DNA of 64,000 nucleotides from Nitrososphaeria archaeon (GCA_029775855.1 JARVJZ010000001.1:128001-192000), one strand, 5' to 3'; shown: positions 18,371 to 28,039, counted from the stretch's first letter. The notes: generated by a model from the letters alone, not told the origin. A program made the numbers and translations.

Positions 18371-20164
18371 ATGTCTACAACACATTCTGTCAGTAAGACA
18401 TCTATCGCCGCTCTCATCATTGTCATCATCGTTATAGCAGCCTCTGCAGCATATGTAACCCAGATACAACCAACGACTATCACATTAACTTCTACAGCAG
18501 AAAGAACCGTAACCCAGACCATAACCACTACAGTAGGCGCTGGATCTACTGTAACTCAAACCGTCCCTCAAACTATAACCCAAACAGTAACTCGAACAGC
18601 TACTATCACACAAACTGAAACAACCACACAGCCACCCGTAACTACCACTACACCAACAGCTCCAGGTAAGCCAGGTGGTACATTCATAATTGGTGTAGAG
18701 AAGGATGAGCCATCTCTAGATCCGCTTTTTACGCAAGCAGGTGTAGCAGCAGATACAGTGCAAAACGCAATATACGAAACGCTAGTAGTATACGACTTTG
18801 CAATGAAGAAGATAGTACCACGCTTAGCCGAATCCTATGAACAGATAGACGATGTGACATACATATTCAAGATAAGAAAAGGTGTATCGTTCCATGATGG
18901 AACTCCTCTAAACGCCAACGCTGTAAAGAAGAGCTTCGACAGGATACTAACAACACAGTCACCTAGACAATCACAACTCGATATGGTGAAGGAAGTAGAG
19001 GTGGTTGATGACTACACAGTAAAATTCATACTAAAGTATCCGACACCAAACTTCCTACCCAACCTAACTTGGGGCACAGGTGTAGTTTCACCTACAGCGG
19101 TTGAAAAATATGGAAAAGACTATGGTACAGCAGCAGCAGTAGGGACTGGTCCATTTAAGTTCGTTGAGTGGGTTAAGGGTGACCATATACTACTTGAGAG
19201 AAACAACGCGTACTGGGGCACCAAACCCTACTTGGACAAAGTACTTATTCGAATAATACCTGAAGCGTCAGTCAGAGCCCTTGAGCTTGAGCGAGGTGGC
19301 ATACACGCAGCACAACTCAGCCCATCTGATGCAACAAGACTAAAGGGAAGCAAGACCGTCAACGTTCAAGTAGGTCCTGCACCAAGAGTTATCATGCTCT
19401 CTATAAACATGAACGCAAGCACTCAAGAAACAAAAGCTCTGCTTGACAAAAGAGTTAGACAAGCCATTAGCTACGCTGTAGACCGTCAAGCTTTAGTAAA
19501 TAGTGTCGAAGAAGGCTACGCCATCATTGGAGTAGGTATAGTAAGCCCAGCCATAGGTGCCTTTTGGAACCCATCTCTCCAAGTTTACCCACCTACAGCA
19601 AACATAGCTAAAGCAAAAGAGCTACTTGCTCAAGCAGGCTATCCTAACGGATTTGAAACAACGCTACTCAACTTCTTCCCATGGGGTCTACCCGTAGCAA
19701 CAGTACTACAAGCTCAGCTAGATAAAGTTGGCATAAAGTTGAAGATCAACAACATGGAGTTCGGCGCAGGTGCTACTGTGATGCTTGTAGATAGGAAGTA
19801 TGACATTGCATTACACGACTGGGCTGGTACAGGTTCACCAACTCCATACGGAGTTATGGGTGCTTTCTACGACCCTACACAAGTTGGTGCATGGCAGTGG
19901 AACTTACAGAATGTGCAAGATCCAATAATGGCCTTCTTGGTAAATGAGATGGCTATACAGACCGACTTGGCTGCTCAGAAAGGGTTGTCTGACGCTGCTC
20001 AGCGGAGAGCAATAGACGAAGCTTGGGGTGTCTTCCTATACTATCCAAACAGGATACACGCAGTCACAACAGCGGTTCAAGGATACAATCTACATCCACA
20101 TCCGTGGTATGGCTTCGTATTAGCGATGGATGCTCTTAACGTGAACGTCTGGCTACAACAATAG
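18371..20164 (+). CDS. Peptide/nickel ABC substrate-binding protein (family 5) with N-terminal anchor and Thr-rich stalk
   Basis: SLDP, IYETLV, LAESY, FHDGTP, GTGPFKF, VRQAISYAVDR. Confidence 0.92.
   Translation: MSTTHSVSKTSIAALIIVIIVIAASAAYVTQIQPTTITLTSTAERTVTQTITTTVGAGSTVTQTVPQTITQTVTRTATITQTETTTQPPVTTTTPTAPGKPGGTFIIGVEKDEPSLDPLFTQAGVAADTVQNAIYETLVVYDFAMKKIVPRLAESYEQIDDVTYIFKIRKGVSFHDGTPLNANAVKKSFDRILTTQSPRQSQLDMVKEVEVVDDYTVKFILKYPTPNFLPNLTWGTGVVSPTAVEKYGKDYGTAAAVGTGPFKFVEWVKGDHILLERNNAYWGTKPYLDKVLIRIIPEASVRALELERGGIHAAQLSPSDATRLKGSKTVNVQVGPAPRVIMLSINMNASTQETKALLDKRVRQAISYAVDRQALVNSVEEGYAIIGVGIVSPAIGAFWNPSLQVYPPTANIAKAKELLAQAGYPNGFETTLLNFFPWGLPVATVLQAQLDKVGIKLKINNMEFGAGATVMLVDRKYDIALHDWAGTGSPTPYGVMGAFYDPTQVGAWQWNLQNVQDPIMAFLVNEMAIQTDLAAQKGLSDAAQRRAIDEAWGVFLYYPNRIHAVTTAVQGYNLHPHPWYGFVLAMDALNVNVWLQQ
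18470..18660 (+). repeat. Thr/Val-rich low-complexity coding repeat (TVTQT units)
   Basis: TVTQTITTT...TVTQTVPQTITQTVTRT...TTTQPPVTTTT. Confidence 0.8.
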
Positions 20165-20223
20165 AAACAGTATCACAACTCCCATATTCCTTTTTTAATT
20201 AGATTGTAGAGTAAGTTGTCAAG

Positions 20224-20298
20224 TGCTCCGGGCGGGATTTGAACCCGCGTTTGCGGCTCGAGAGGCCGCGATCCTTGACCGGGCTAGACGACCGGAGC
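20224..20298 (-). tRNA. tRNA-Glu(CTC), intronless
   Basis: Acceptor GCTCCGG/CCGGAGC-A, anticodon arm GCGGC-CTCTCGA-GCCGC, T arm GCGGG-TTCAAAT-CCCGC. Confidence 0.95.
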
Positions 20299-20367
20299 TG
20301 CTTAACTATTAGCTGTTTACGTATATGTTTTTAATATTAGCGGTTTGGGTTATATTATGTATTGCTT

Positions 20368-20535
20368 TTAGCTGTTTGTTTTGCTTGCGTGTTTTGTGAT
20401 TTCTAGTGAGCAGGCGTGGTGTGTTGAGCAGAAGTCTTCACACCTCTCTGCCCATATTTTCTCTTCATAGAGGAGGTGACATTCTTCACACTCGTAAAAT
20501 AGTGTGCCGTCTCTTATTTTCTGCTTAACCATCAT
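20368..20535 (-). CDS. 55-aa Cys/His-rich putative metal-binding microprotein (not in ORF track)
   Basis: MMVKQKIRDGTLFYECEECHLLYEEKIWAERCEDFCSTHHACSLEITKHASKTNS; CTTATAT TATA-like box about 25-30 nt upstream. Confidence 0.8.
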   Translation of the reverse strand: MMVKQKIRDGTLFYECEECHLLYEEKIWAERCEDFCSTHHACSLEITKHASKTNS

Positions 20536-20568
20536 CTAATCTGTGTTTGCGGGTTGAGATATAAGTGT

Positions 20569-21342
20569 TTATAGATTTGCTAGTCTTCTCAGGAGGTCTT
20601 GGACTTCATTTGTGTTTCTCAAGTAGTACTTTGCGTTTGTTTTTTTGAATTCTTCTGCTACTAATATAGTCACACCTTCTTTTAATTTTATGAAGGCGTC
20701 TTCGTCTGTGTTATCGTCTCCAGCGTATATGGGTAGGCTTGCTGGCGCTACACTCTTAACTAAGAATCTTGCTGCTTCACCTTTATTCCAATCAACACTT
20801 GGTTTTACTTCTAGAACCTTCTTTCCTTGTGTGACTAATATCTGTTGGAATTGGTTGGCTTCGTTGAGCACCTTCTTCTTTACCCAACCTATCTTCTCAA
20901 GTGGTGTAAGTCTGTAATGCACGCTTATAGTGAAGATCTTGTTTTCAACAATAACCCCTTCAATACCGCTTAAGACGCTTTTTAAACTATTTGCGAGTTT
21001 TTCGATGCTACCTACTAACTTCTTAGCTTTTGGATGTGTGAAGTTAAGATTAGGTCCAGTTATCTGTAAGCCGTGGTTTCCAGCGTAATATAATCCTTCT
21101 AATCCCACACGCTCCTTAACGTCATTTAACATTCGGCCTGAGACTATTGCTATTTTAAATCTCGGGTTATCTGCTAAGATCTTAAGGAGTTGCTTTGTTT
21201 CTGTTGATAGATATGCTTCTTGGGGTCTTCTAACTATGGGGGTAAGAGTGCCGTCAAAGTCAAGCAGTATGAATAAGGAAGAGCTTGCTCTAAGGAGGTT
21301 TACCATATTTTGCCACTCGTTTAGGAGGTGTTTAGGTTCCAT
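20569..21342 (-). CDS. otsB: Trehalose-6-phosphate phosphatase (HAD)
   Basis: LDFDGTLTPI, VSGR, GNHG, VHYR, NKG, GDDNTDEDAF. Confidence 0.92.
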   Translation of the reverse strand: MEPKHLLNEWQNMVNLLRASSSLFILLDFDGTLTPIVRRPQEAYLSTETKQLLKILADNPRFKIAIVSGRMLNDVKERVGLEGLYYAGNHGLQITGPNLNFTHPKAKKLVGSIEKLANSLKSVLSGIEGVIVENKIFTISVHYRLTPLEKIGWVKKKVLNEANQFQQILVTQGKKVLEVKPSVDWNKGEAARFLVKSVAPASLPIYAGDDNTDEDAFIKLKEGVTILVAEEFKKTNAKYYLRNTNEVQDLLRRLANL

Positions 21343-21510
21343 TTTAGATAAGTGCTTAGGGATATTGCTGTATCTTCCCTCTTAACTTTTGCTATTTGGC
21401 GCTGCTTAGAACAGTATTTAACCGATAAAATTTAATTAAATATTTAGAATTTATGATGTTTGTGAAAAGGGTAGGAAGACTTAAATAAGTGGCGGATAAT
21501 TTGCTGTTTT

Positions 21511-22698
21511 ATGCAGCGTTCTACAATAATAGCAACTATAATTGTAATCATAGTGATAATAGCTGCTGCCAGTGCAGTAATCCTCACCCCTCCCACAACT
21601 ATAACGAGCACAGTAACTAAAGTTGAAACCACTACTGAAACAAGAACTGTTACTAGCACAATGACAGCTGGAACCGCAACTGTAACATTAACTCAAACAG
21701 TCGCACAGACTACAACTGTAACACAACCACCACTGACTACCACAGTCACACAGACAGCCGCGCCTCTCACCACCACAGTTACAGTAACTGCGACGCCTAA
21801 GGTTGAGCCGATAAAGCTCAAGATCGGGACTTTGACTTTCCCAGCGTATATGTCTATAGTCCATCTTGTTATCGAGAATCAGAGCTTTGATAAGAAGAAT
21901 GGGCTTGATGTCGAGTGGGTTAGGTATTCTGCTATAGCTGCTGCTTACGCCGGTCTTGGCACTGGTGAAGCTCATATCTGGGGTGGTGGTGCTAACGTCT
22001 TTCAAAGGATGCATAACGAGGGCATACCTATAACAATAATCTCAACCTACGCAACCGCAACCCTCTATATAGTCGCACGGGATCCTAACATAAACAGTAT
22101 AAAGGATCTGGCTGGTAAGACACTAGCTATAGATGTTGGTGCAGTAGACTACCAACTTGTAGGATCATATGCGCTGACGCAAGGTCTTAAGTTGGGTGAG
22201 CAGATAACGGTTAGAGCGGCAGCCTATCCAGTTGCAAGGGCTGAGTTCGAGGCTAAGAGGGTTGATGCAGCGGTTCTGGTGGAGCCTCATGTAGCGTTAG
22301 CTAAAAAGGCAGATCCAGCTACTAAGGTGATATGGGTTGGCAATGAAGCTTGGCGTGAACTTAAGGGCTATGACTATGCTTGGTATCTTCTACTCGCTAT
22401 GAACAACAACTACCTTAAGCAAAACCCACAGTCCATCCCAAGAATTATAGCGATGTATAAGGATGCTGAAGATTTCATCAGAGATAATCCAGATAAGGCG
22501 GATCAAATAGTCACGAAAGCTTTGAATCTGCCTCGTGGCGTAATAAAAGAAGGTATACTCACAGGTAGGATCGACCCAAGATTTAGAGCAGTCTGGGACC
22601 CTGCGGTAAAAGAGAATGTGTGGGCACTCTTCCAATTTGGTGTAGACTCTGGTTTCATAGATAAGATGCCGGCACCAACGATACTCTATTCACCATAA
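21511..22698 (+). CDS. NMT1/SsuA/TauA-type ABC substrate-binding protein with Thr-rich stalk
   Basis: N-terminal TM helix, Thr-rich linker, KNGLDVEW, INSIKDLAGK, VDAAVLVEP. Confidence 0.85.
   Translation: MQRSTIIATIIVIIVIIAAASAVILTPPTTITSTVTKVETTTETRTVTSTMTAGTATVTLTQTVAQTTTVTQPPLTTTVTQTAAPLTTTVTVTATPKVEPIKLKIGTLTFPAYMSIVHLVIENQSFDKKNGLDVEWVRYSAIAAAYAGLGTGEAHIWGGGANVFQRMHNEGIPITIISTYATATLYIVARDPNINSIKDLAGKTLAIDVGAVDYQLVGSYALTQGLKLGEQITVRAAAYPVARAEFEAKRVDAAVLVEPHVALAKKADPATKVIWVGNEAWRELKGYDYAWYLLLAMNNNYLKQNPQSIPRIIAMYKDAEDFIRDNPDKADQIVTKALNLPRGVIKEGILTGRIDPRFRAVWDPAVKENVWALFQFGVDSGFIDKMPAPTILYSP
21586..21800 (+). repeat. Thr/Val-rich low-complexity coding repeat
   Basis: TTTVTQPPLTTTVTQTAAPLTTTVTVT and similar units. 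Confidence 0.8.
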
Positions 22699-22725
22699 AA
22701 GTGGGGTGAACCCCCACCGTTTTTT
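22697..22725. terminator. Hairpin flanked by A and T runs between convergent genes
   Basis: aaaa-GTGGGG-tgaac-CCCCAC-cg-tttttt. Confidence 0.6.
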
Positions 22726-23149
22726 ATGGTATGATGGCTATAGCATCAACTTCGACAAGCATCTCTGGTAGGGCTAATCCTATGTCTAAGAGTAGTGTGG
22801 AAGCGTATGCTCTCTCTTTAAGCAGATTCGGCGCATTTTCAGCCAGCCATTCATCTCTTGCCCTTATGAATTCATCTCTATGCTCTCGTTTTGAAACATA
22901 CCACACAAACTTCACTACATAATCTATGCTTGAACCAGCCTTCTCAAGTCTCTCCTTTATCTTATCGAGGGCTAGTCTAGTCTGAGCCCTAACTCCTTCG
23001 ACAGCTCTGTTGGTCGCTGGGTCTCTACCTTCGGAGCCTGAGAGGAAGATGAAACCTTTTACACCCTTAACCTTAGCCCCTACCCCCCACTCTACTAACT
23101 GTCCCCCATAATGAATTAGACCTAACCCCTCTTTACAAGACTCAGCCAT
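22724..23149 (-). CDS. Divergent Rid (YjgF/UK114) family protein
   Basis: FIFLSG, AQTRLALDKI, VVKFVWY, ASTLL...LALPEMLVEVDAIA. Confidence 0.85.
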   Translation of the reverse strand: MAESCKEGLGLIHYGGQLVEWGVGAKVKGVKGFIFLSGSEGRDPATNRAVEGVRAQTRLALDKIKERLEKAGSSIDYVVKFVWYVSKREHRDEFIRARDEWLAENAPNLLKERAYASTLLLDIGLALPEMLVEVDAIAIIP

Positions 23150-23209
23150 ACCCTACTAATTACAGCATATCAATATATATTTGGTATTACTCTATTACTA
23201 CTGATAATA

Positions 23210-25303
23210 TTGGTTTTAGAGGAGATCAGCACAAACTGCCGCGGTTGCGGACATGGAGGATGCGGTATCATAGTCAAGGTTGAAGATGGTAAGATAGTAG
23301 GTATAAAAGGCGATGAAACACACCCAATAAGCAAAGGCTACATATGCATAAAAGCATATGCAGCAGTAGAGCAACTTAACCACCCAAGTAGGCTTAGACA
23401 TCCTTTAAGACGAATAGGGCCAAAATCTTCAGGGAAATGGGAAGAGATCACTTGGAATGAAGCTATAGATGTTGTTGCTACAAAGCTGAAGGAAATAGCC
23501 GAGGAATCCGGACCTGAAAGCGTGGTTTTTATGCATGGGACTGGTAGAGACTACTTCCACTTTATGAATAGATTCACTAACCTCTTTGGCTCACCTAACT
23601 ATGTGACTAATGGGCATATGTGCTATATCCCAAGGCTTGCGTTGACTAAAGTTCTGGGTTTAAGCAGCCTACCTATAGTTGATTACGACGCATCACCAAA
23701 ATGTGTGCTTGTATGGGGAAGCAATAGCGTAATCTCAAACCCAGACGAATACATTGGTATCAATTTGACGCTAAATCTAAAGAAAGGAGCAAAGATGATT
23801 GTAGTAGATCCAAGAAAGACCAGATTAGCAAGTAGTGCTAACATCTGGCTCCAGATAAGACCTTCTACAGATTTAGTACTTGCATTAGGTATGATTAAGT
23901 ATATAATTGATAGAGAACTTTACGATAAGAACTTTGTAGAACATTACACCATAGGTCTCAAAGATCTAAAGATACATGTCTCAAGATATACGCCGCAGTT
24001 AGTTGAAGAGATCACTTGGATTCCACGGGATAAGATGGAAGAGGCTGCAGAAATGTATGCGACGACTAAACCCGCAGCAATACATTGGGGTGTGGGGATA
24101 GAGCAGAACATAAACTGCATAGGTATAGATGCAGCCTTAATGTATCTTGTCGCCTTAACTGGAAACCTAGATGTTCCAGGTGGCAACGTACTCTTTGATT
24201 CCCCTCCAATAGTTGGCTATCGCGACTTCGGTCTGCCAGATAAGCTGCCTGAGGAGAAAAAGCAGAAGAGGATTGGTGGGCAAGAATATAAGCTCCTTGA
24301 CTCGGTAGGCAGATGTCCACCCTATGCTGTATGGGATGCAATCATTGAGGGAAGACCGTATAAAGTTAGGGCATTGTATATTGCCGGTTCAAACCCTCTT
24401 GTTGTAAGAGAAAATACCGCAAGAGTAAGAGAAGCTCTAGAAAAAGTAGAGTTCATGGTGGTTGCGGACATGTTCAAGACACCTACGGCAGAATACGCCG
24501 ACATAATACTGCCTGTGGCATCTTGGCTCGAATACAACACAATAGGAGACTATTGGAAGAGCCACGGCTATGTCTTCGCTAGGAAAAAGATCGTTGATAA
24601 CTCTGAATGCTGGTCTGATTTAAAGATCTTTAACGAGCTAGGGAAAAGGCTTTACCCAGAATACTTCTGGAATGACCCAGACGACGCGCTAAATTACATT
24701 CTAAGTCCAGCAAAGGTTACATGGGTAGAGTTCGCTAAGTTAGGCTACCTAAGGGGGCGAGTAGAATATCGTAAGTATATTAAAGTTGGATTTAATACAA
24801 AATCTGGTAAATTCGAATTTTATCCAGAGAAGTTTAAGGAATGGGGGCTAGGACCACTGCCAGAATATCAGGAGAACCCAGAAACGCCTCTAAGTGCGTC
24901 TGCGTTGGCTGAGCGCTACCCCTATATGCTGATTACGGGAGGAAGAAGCATAGAATATTTCAACTCGGAAGGCAGGCAGCTGAAGACCCTAAGACGAAGC
25001 CATCCAGACCCTATAGTTGAGATAAACCCAGCAACCGCGAATAAGCACGGCATTAAAGATGGTGATTGGGTTATAGTAGAGAATCATAGGGGCTCTGTAA
25101 AGATGAAGGCAAGATTGACTGAAGGCATAGATCCAAGAGTTATACACGCTGAGCATGGTTGGTGGTTTCCAGAGATCGAAACCCCTGACCACGGCTACCA
25201 GATATCAAACATTAACCTTCTGACAGATGATAGGCCTCCAGTAGACCCATTAATGGGCTCTACACGCCTAAAATCTTTACTATGTAATATAAGGAAGGCT
25301 TAG
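23210..25303 (+). CDS. Mo/W-bis-PGD (DMSO reductase superfamily) enzyme resembling the acetylene-hydratase-like clade; substrate unknown
   Basis: CRGCGHGGC...GYICIK [4Fe-4S], RLRHPL, FGSPN...GHMC, TGNLDVPGG, ADIILP, C-terminal pterin-binding domain; no Tat leader. Confidence 0.88.
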   Translation: MVLEEISTNCRGCGHGGCGIIVKVEDGKIVGIKGDETHPISKGYICIKAYAAVEQLNHPSRLRHPLRRIGPKSSGKWEEITWNEAIDVVATKLKEIAEESGPESVVFMHGTGRDYFHFMNRFTNLFGSPNYVTNGHMCYIPRLALTKVLGLSSLPIVDYDASPKCVLVWGSNSVISNPDEYIGINLTLNLKKGAKMIVVDPRKTRLASSANIWLQIRPSTDLVLALGMIKYIIDRELYDKNFVEHYTIGLKDLKIHVSRYTPQLVEEITWIPRDKMEEAAEMYATTKPAAIHWGVGIEQNINCIGIDAALMYLVALTGNLDVPGGNVLFDSPPIVGYRDFGLPDKLPEEKKQKRIGGQEYKLLDSVGRCPPYAVWDAIIEGRPYKVRALYIAGSNPLVVRENTARVREALEKVEFMVVADMFKTPTAEYADIILPVASWLEYNTIGDYWKSHGYVFARKKIVDNSECWSDLKIFNELGKRLYPEYFWNDPDDALNYILSPAKVTWVEFAKLGYLRGRVEYRKYIKVGFNTKSGKFEFYPEKFKEWGLGPLPEYQENPETPLSASALAERYPYMLITGGRSIEYFNSEGRQLKTLRRSHPDPIVEINPATANKHGIKDGDWVIVENHRGSVKMKARLTEGIDPRVIHAEHGWWFPEIETPDHGYQISNINLLTDDRPPVDPLMGSTRLKSLLCNIRKA

Positions 25304-25812
25304 ACTATATGCTTGATTCGCCGCCATATAACTGCAGCAATCAAACCCGCAATAAAACCATTAACAATTCCACCTAATAGAATCATAGCATCAACCATAG
25401 GATTTGGTGGCATAAACTCCATAAGATAAACTGCAAGATAGTAGCTTACAAAGCCAGTCAAAGCTGTTGCGACAGAGGTTGCAGCCAAGAGTCTTCTAAG
25501 CCTAACGTCACCGCTGAAGCTCTTGGCCTTAAACACATTAACAAATAAATCTATTAACACGCCGAAGTAAATTGAGACCGCGAGGCTTAGAGGCGCAAAG
25601 CTAGGACGCCATAATGTAATTAAAAGACCACTTACTGTTGCTGTAGACGTACCTCCTAATCTAGGTAGGATAAGTGATGCTAACGTTAGGATAGTTGCTT
25701 GAGGTAAGATCACAGCCTTATCAAAAGGAGTTGGGATAAAGACCTTTGATACAAATATTATTCCAGCAAATATTGCTGCGAGGGCTATTCTACGCGCTGA
25801 AATTCTACTCAT
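25300..25812 (-). CDS. Multi-pass membrane protein, possible ECF S-component-like
   Basis: About 5 hydrophobic helices; N-terminal ARRIALAAIFAG. Confidence 0.55.
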   Translation of the reverse strand: MSRISARRIALAAIFAGIIFVSKVFIPTPFDKAVILPQATILTLASLILPRLGGTSTATVSGLLITLWRPSFAPLSLAVSIYFGVLIDLFVNVFKAKSFSGDVRLRRLLAATSVATALTGFVSYYLAVYLMEFMPPNPMVDAMILLGGIVNGFIAGLIAAVIWRRIKHIV

Positions 25813-25837
25813 ATTTGAAGTCTCCTTTTTGAGCGGT

Positions 25838-26029
25838 TTATAGTTTTTTAGCTAGGTTTAAATAGGCTTCACTTTCGTTTCTGCCTCTGCCCTCCAACTT
25901 ACATGCTTCGCAAGTCAAAACTACGTATTCAAGCATGAAAGGGTTGCCTTTTTTAGGAGGGTAGTAGTGCTCCACGAGTTTGAGCTCACCACCACACTTT
26001 GCACAGGGGTAGTAAGAGGTTGTTGTCAT
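25838..26029 (-). CDS. Small zinc-ribbon protein (probable ATG at 26029)
   Basis: CAKCGG...CEAC; purine-rich SD-like stretch before ATG 26029. Confidence 0.7.
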   Translation of the reverse strand: MTTTSYYPCAKCGGELKLVEHYYPPKKGNPFMLEYVVLTCEACKLEGRGRNESEAYLNLAKKL

Positions 26030-26149
26030 AGTATACTCTTCCTTCAAGACACTTAGAATATCTTACCTCTACTATATAAGATTAGCATCTTAGTATTGTT
26101 CACACTACCGTAAGAAATATATCCTATATAATTATAGTTAATAGTGTAA

Positions 26150-28039
26150 GTGGTCTATTTGGGGGCAGAATTCGGCGGCTTTATGGGTCAGATTCTAAAG
26201 GTTAACCTCTCCACCAGCAAAATCGTTAAAACAGATCTGCCCAGCGAATGGCCTCGAGCTTATGTGGGTGGAGTAGGATTTGGTGCGAGAATACTATATG
26301 ATGAGGTATGCCCTTGGGTTTCCCCCTTTGATCCAGACAACAGACTGATATTTACTCAAGGCCCACTTTCAGGCACATTTACCCCAACTGCCTCCAGATA
26401 TACTGTAGTCACTAAATCTCCTTTAACAGGGTACTTCGGCGACGCTAGCGGAGGAGGCTTCTTCCCAGCAGAGTTAAAGAAGTGCGGATATGATGCTATA
26501 GTCTTAACTGGGCGTGCAACTAAGCCTTCCCTTCTGCTTTTATCAGATGGCAGCTATGAGCTAAGAGATGCTTCAGCATACTGGGGTATGAATGCTAGAG
26601 AAGCGGAGAGAGCAATAGTAAACGATCTAGGCGACAAATCCTACAAAGCTTGCACAATAGGAAGAGCTGGAGAAAGGTTAGTTAGATTCGCAGCAATAAT
26701 GAACGACGAAGCTGATAGAGCAGCAGCTCGATGCGGGGTAGGTGCGGTCATGGGCTCTAAGAACCTCAAAGCAATAGTTGTAAAAGGCTACAAGCAGCCA
26801 AAAGTCGCAGACGCAAATGCATTAAAGAACCTACTCGTAGAAATAACCAACTACGTAAAAACTAACAAGAACGTTGTAGGGTTCACAAAAGGCGGCACAC
26901 CCGGAGCATTCACCTTCTTCTATCAGCTGGGGGACGTGCCTATACATAACTGGAGCAGCTCATCCTTCGGCCCATCAGACGCCTACGTTGAGAAAGTGGC
27001 TTATCCAGGAGGCTATGAGAGAATACTACTAAGGAATAGGACGTGCTATGCTTGCCCAATAAGTTGTCGACGAGTATCTAAAGGCATAGATGGGCTATAC
27101 GGTGTTGAAGAAGGCGTAGAGGGGCCTGAATATGAGACAGTCGCCTCATTTGGGCCTAACTGCGGGATTTCCGAGCCTGAAATAATCGCTAAAGCAAACA
27201 ACCTTTGCAACGAATATGGGTTAGATACCATCTCTGCTGGTGGTGTGATAGCTTTTGCTATGGAATGCTTTGAGAAAGGGATACTAAGCGAAGAAGACAC
27301 AAAAGGTGTTAAACTCCGATTTGGTGAAGGTGAAGCCCTTTTAGATGTTCTCAGAATGATAGGTGAAAGGGAAGGAATTGGCAACCTATTAGCCGAAGGT
27401 GTAAGAAGAGCCGCTGCGGCAATAGGCAAAGGGGCAGAAGATTACGCTATACACGTTAAAGGGTTGGAGATAGCTATGCACGACCCTAGAGCATTCCAAG
27501 GCGGTGGTGTACATTACGCTTGCACGCCAACAGGAGGCAGACATACTGAGGGTCTAAGCATAATTAAAGAACTTAAGACCAGATTCTCTACCGAAGGAAA
27601 AGGTAAGCTGGTGAAGGAGGTTGAGGATTGGGATGCGTTTGTTCAAGCATCTGGTTGGTGCCTCTTTGTGGTTGATGCAAGAGGATATCCTTCAAATGAG
27701 CATCTAATTAAAGTCTTTAACGCGGTTACAGGATTCAACCTCACTTTAGGTGATGCGATGCTGCTCGGAGAAAAGATCTTTAATCTAAAAAAGGCTTTCA
27801 ATGTGAAACACGGATGCAGTAGGAGCGAAGACACATTACCTCAGAGGCTTCTGACATTACCTACCAAGGCTGGTGCTGTAGTTAAGTTAAATGAACTTCT
27901 CCCACAGTATTACGAAGCTAGAAGATGGGATGCTGGAACAAGCAAACCAACAAAAGCATTACTACAGTCCCTGGGGTTGAATGATGTTGCAACTGATCTT
28001 TGGGGAGTTGACAGCAGCGCCTTAGAGCCTAAGGTTTGA
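26150..28039 (+). CDS. aor: Tungsten aldehyde:ferredoxin oxidoreductase family enzyme
   Basis: KSPLTG, AARCGVGAVMGSKNLKA, CYACPISC, PEYET, GLDTIS, HDPR. Confidence 0.93.
   Translation: MVYLGAEFGGFMGQILKVNLSTSKIVKTDLPSEWPRAYVGGVGFGARILYDEVCPWVSPFDPDNRLIFTQGPLSGTFTPTASRYTVVTKSPLTGYFGDASGGGFFPAELKKCGYDAIVLTGRATKPSLLLLSDGSYELRDASAYWGMNAREAERAIVNDLGDKSYKACTIGRAGERLVRFAAIMNDEADRAAARCGVGAVMGSKNLKAIVVKGYKQPKVADANALKNLLVEITNYVKTNKNVVGFTKGGTPGAFTFFYQLGDVPIHNWSSSSFGPSDAYVEKVAYPGGYERILLRNRTCYACPISCRRVSKGIDGLYGVEEGVEGPEYETVASFGPNCGISEPEIIAKANNLCNEYGLDTISAGGVIAFAMECFEKGILSEEDTKGVKLRFGEGEALLDVLRMIGEREGIGNLLAEGVRRAAAAIGKGAEDYAIHVKGLEIAMHDPRAFQGGGVHYACTPTGGRHTEGLSIIKELKTRFSTEGKGKLVKEVEDWDAFVQASGWCLFVVDARGYPSNEHLIKVFNAVTGFNLTLGDAMLLGEKIFNLKKAFNVKHGCSRSEDTLPQRLLTLPTKAGAVVKLNELLPQYYEARRWDAGTSKPTKALLQSLGLNDVATDLWGVDSSALEPKV

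Noticed and set aside
20405-20495. Imperfect hairpins suggesting an ncRNA
   Set aside because: Better explained by the 55-aa Cys-rich CDS on the minus strand; no C/D or H/ACA boxes seen
18470-21800. Repetitive ACN-rich DNA as a CRISPR or tandem-repeat element
   Set aside because: Degenerate codon-level repeats encoding Thr-rich linkers; no constant repeat-spacer structure
23210-25303. Calling this a true acetylene hydratase, formate dehydrogenase or selenoprotein
   Set aside because: No Asp after the second Cys, no FDH-type C/U-H active-site motif, no in-frame TGA
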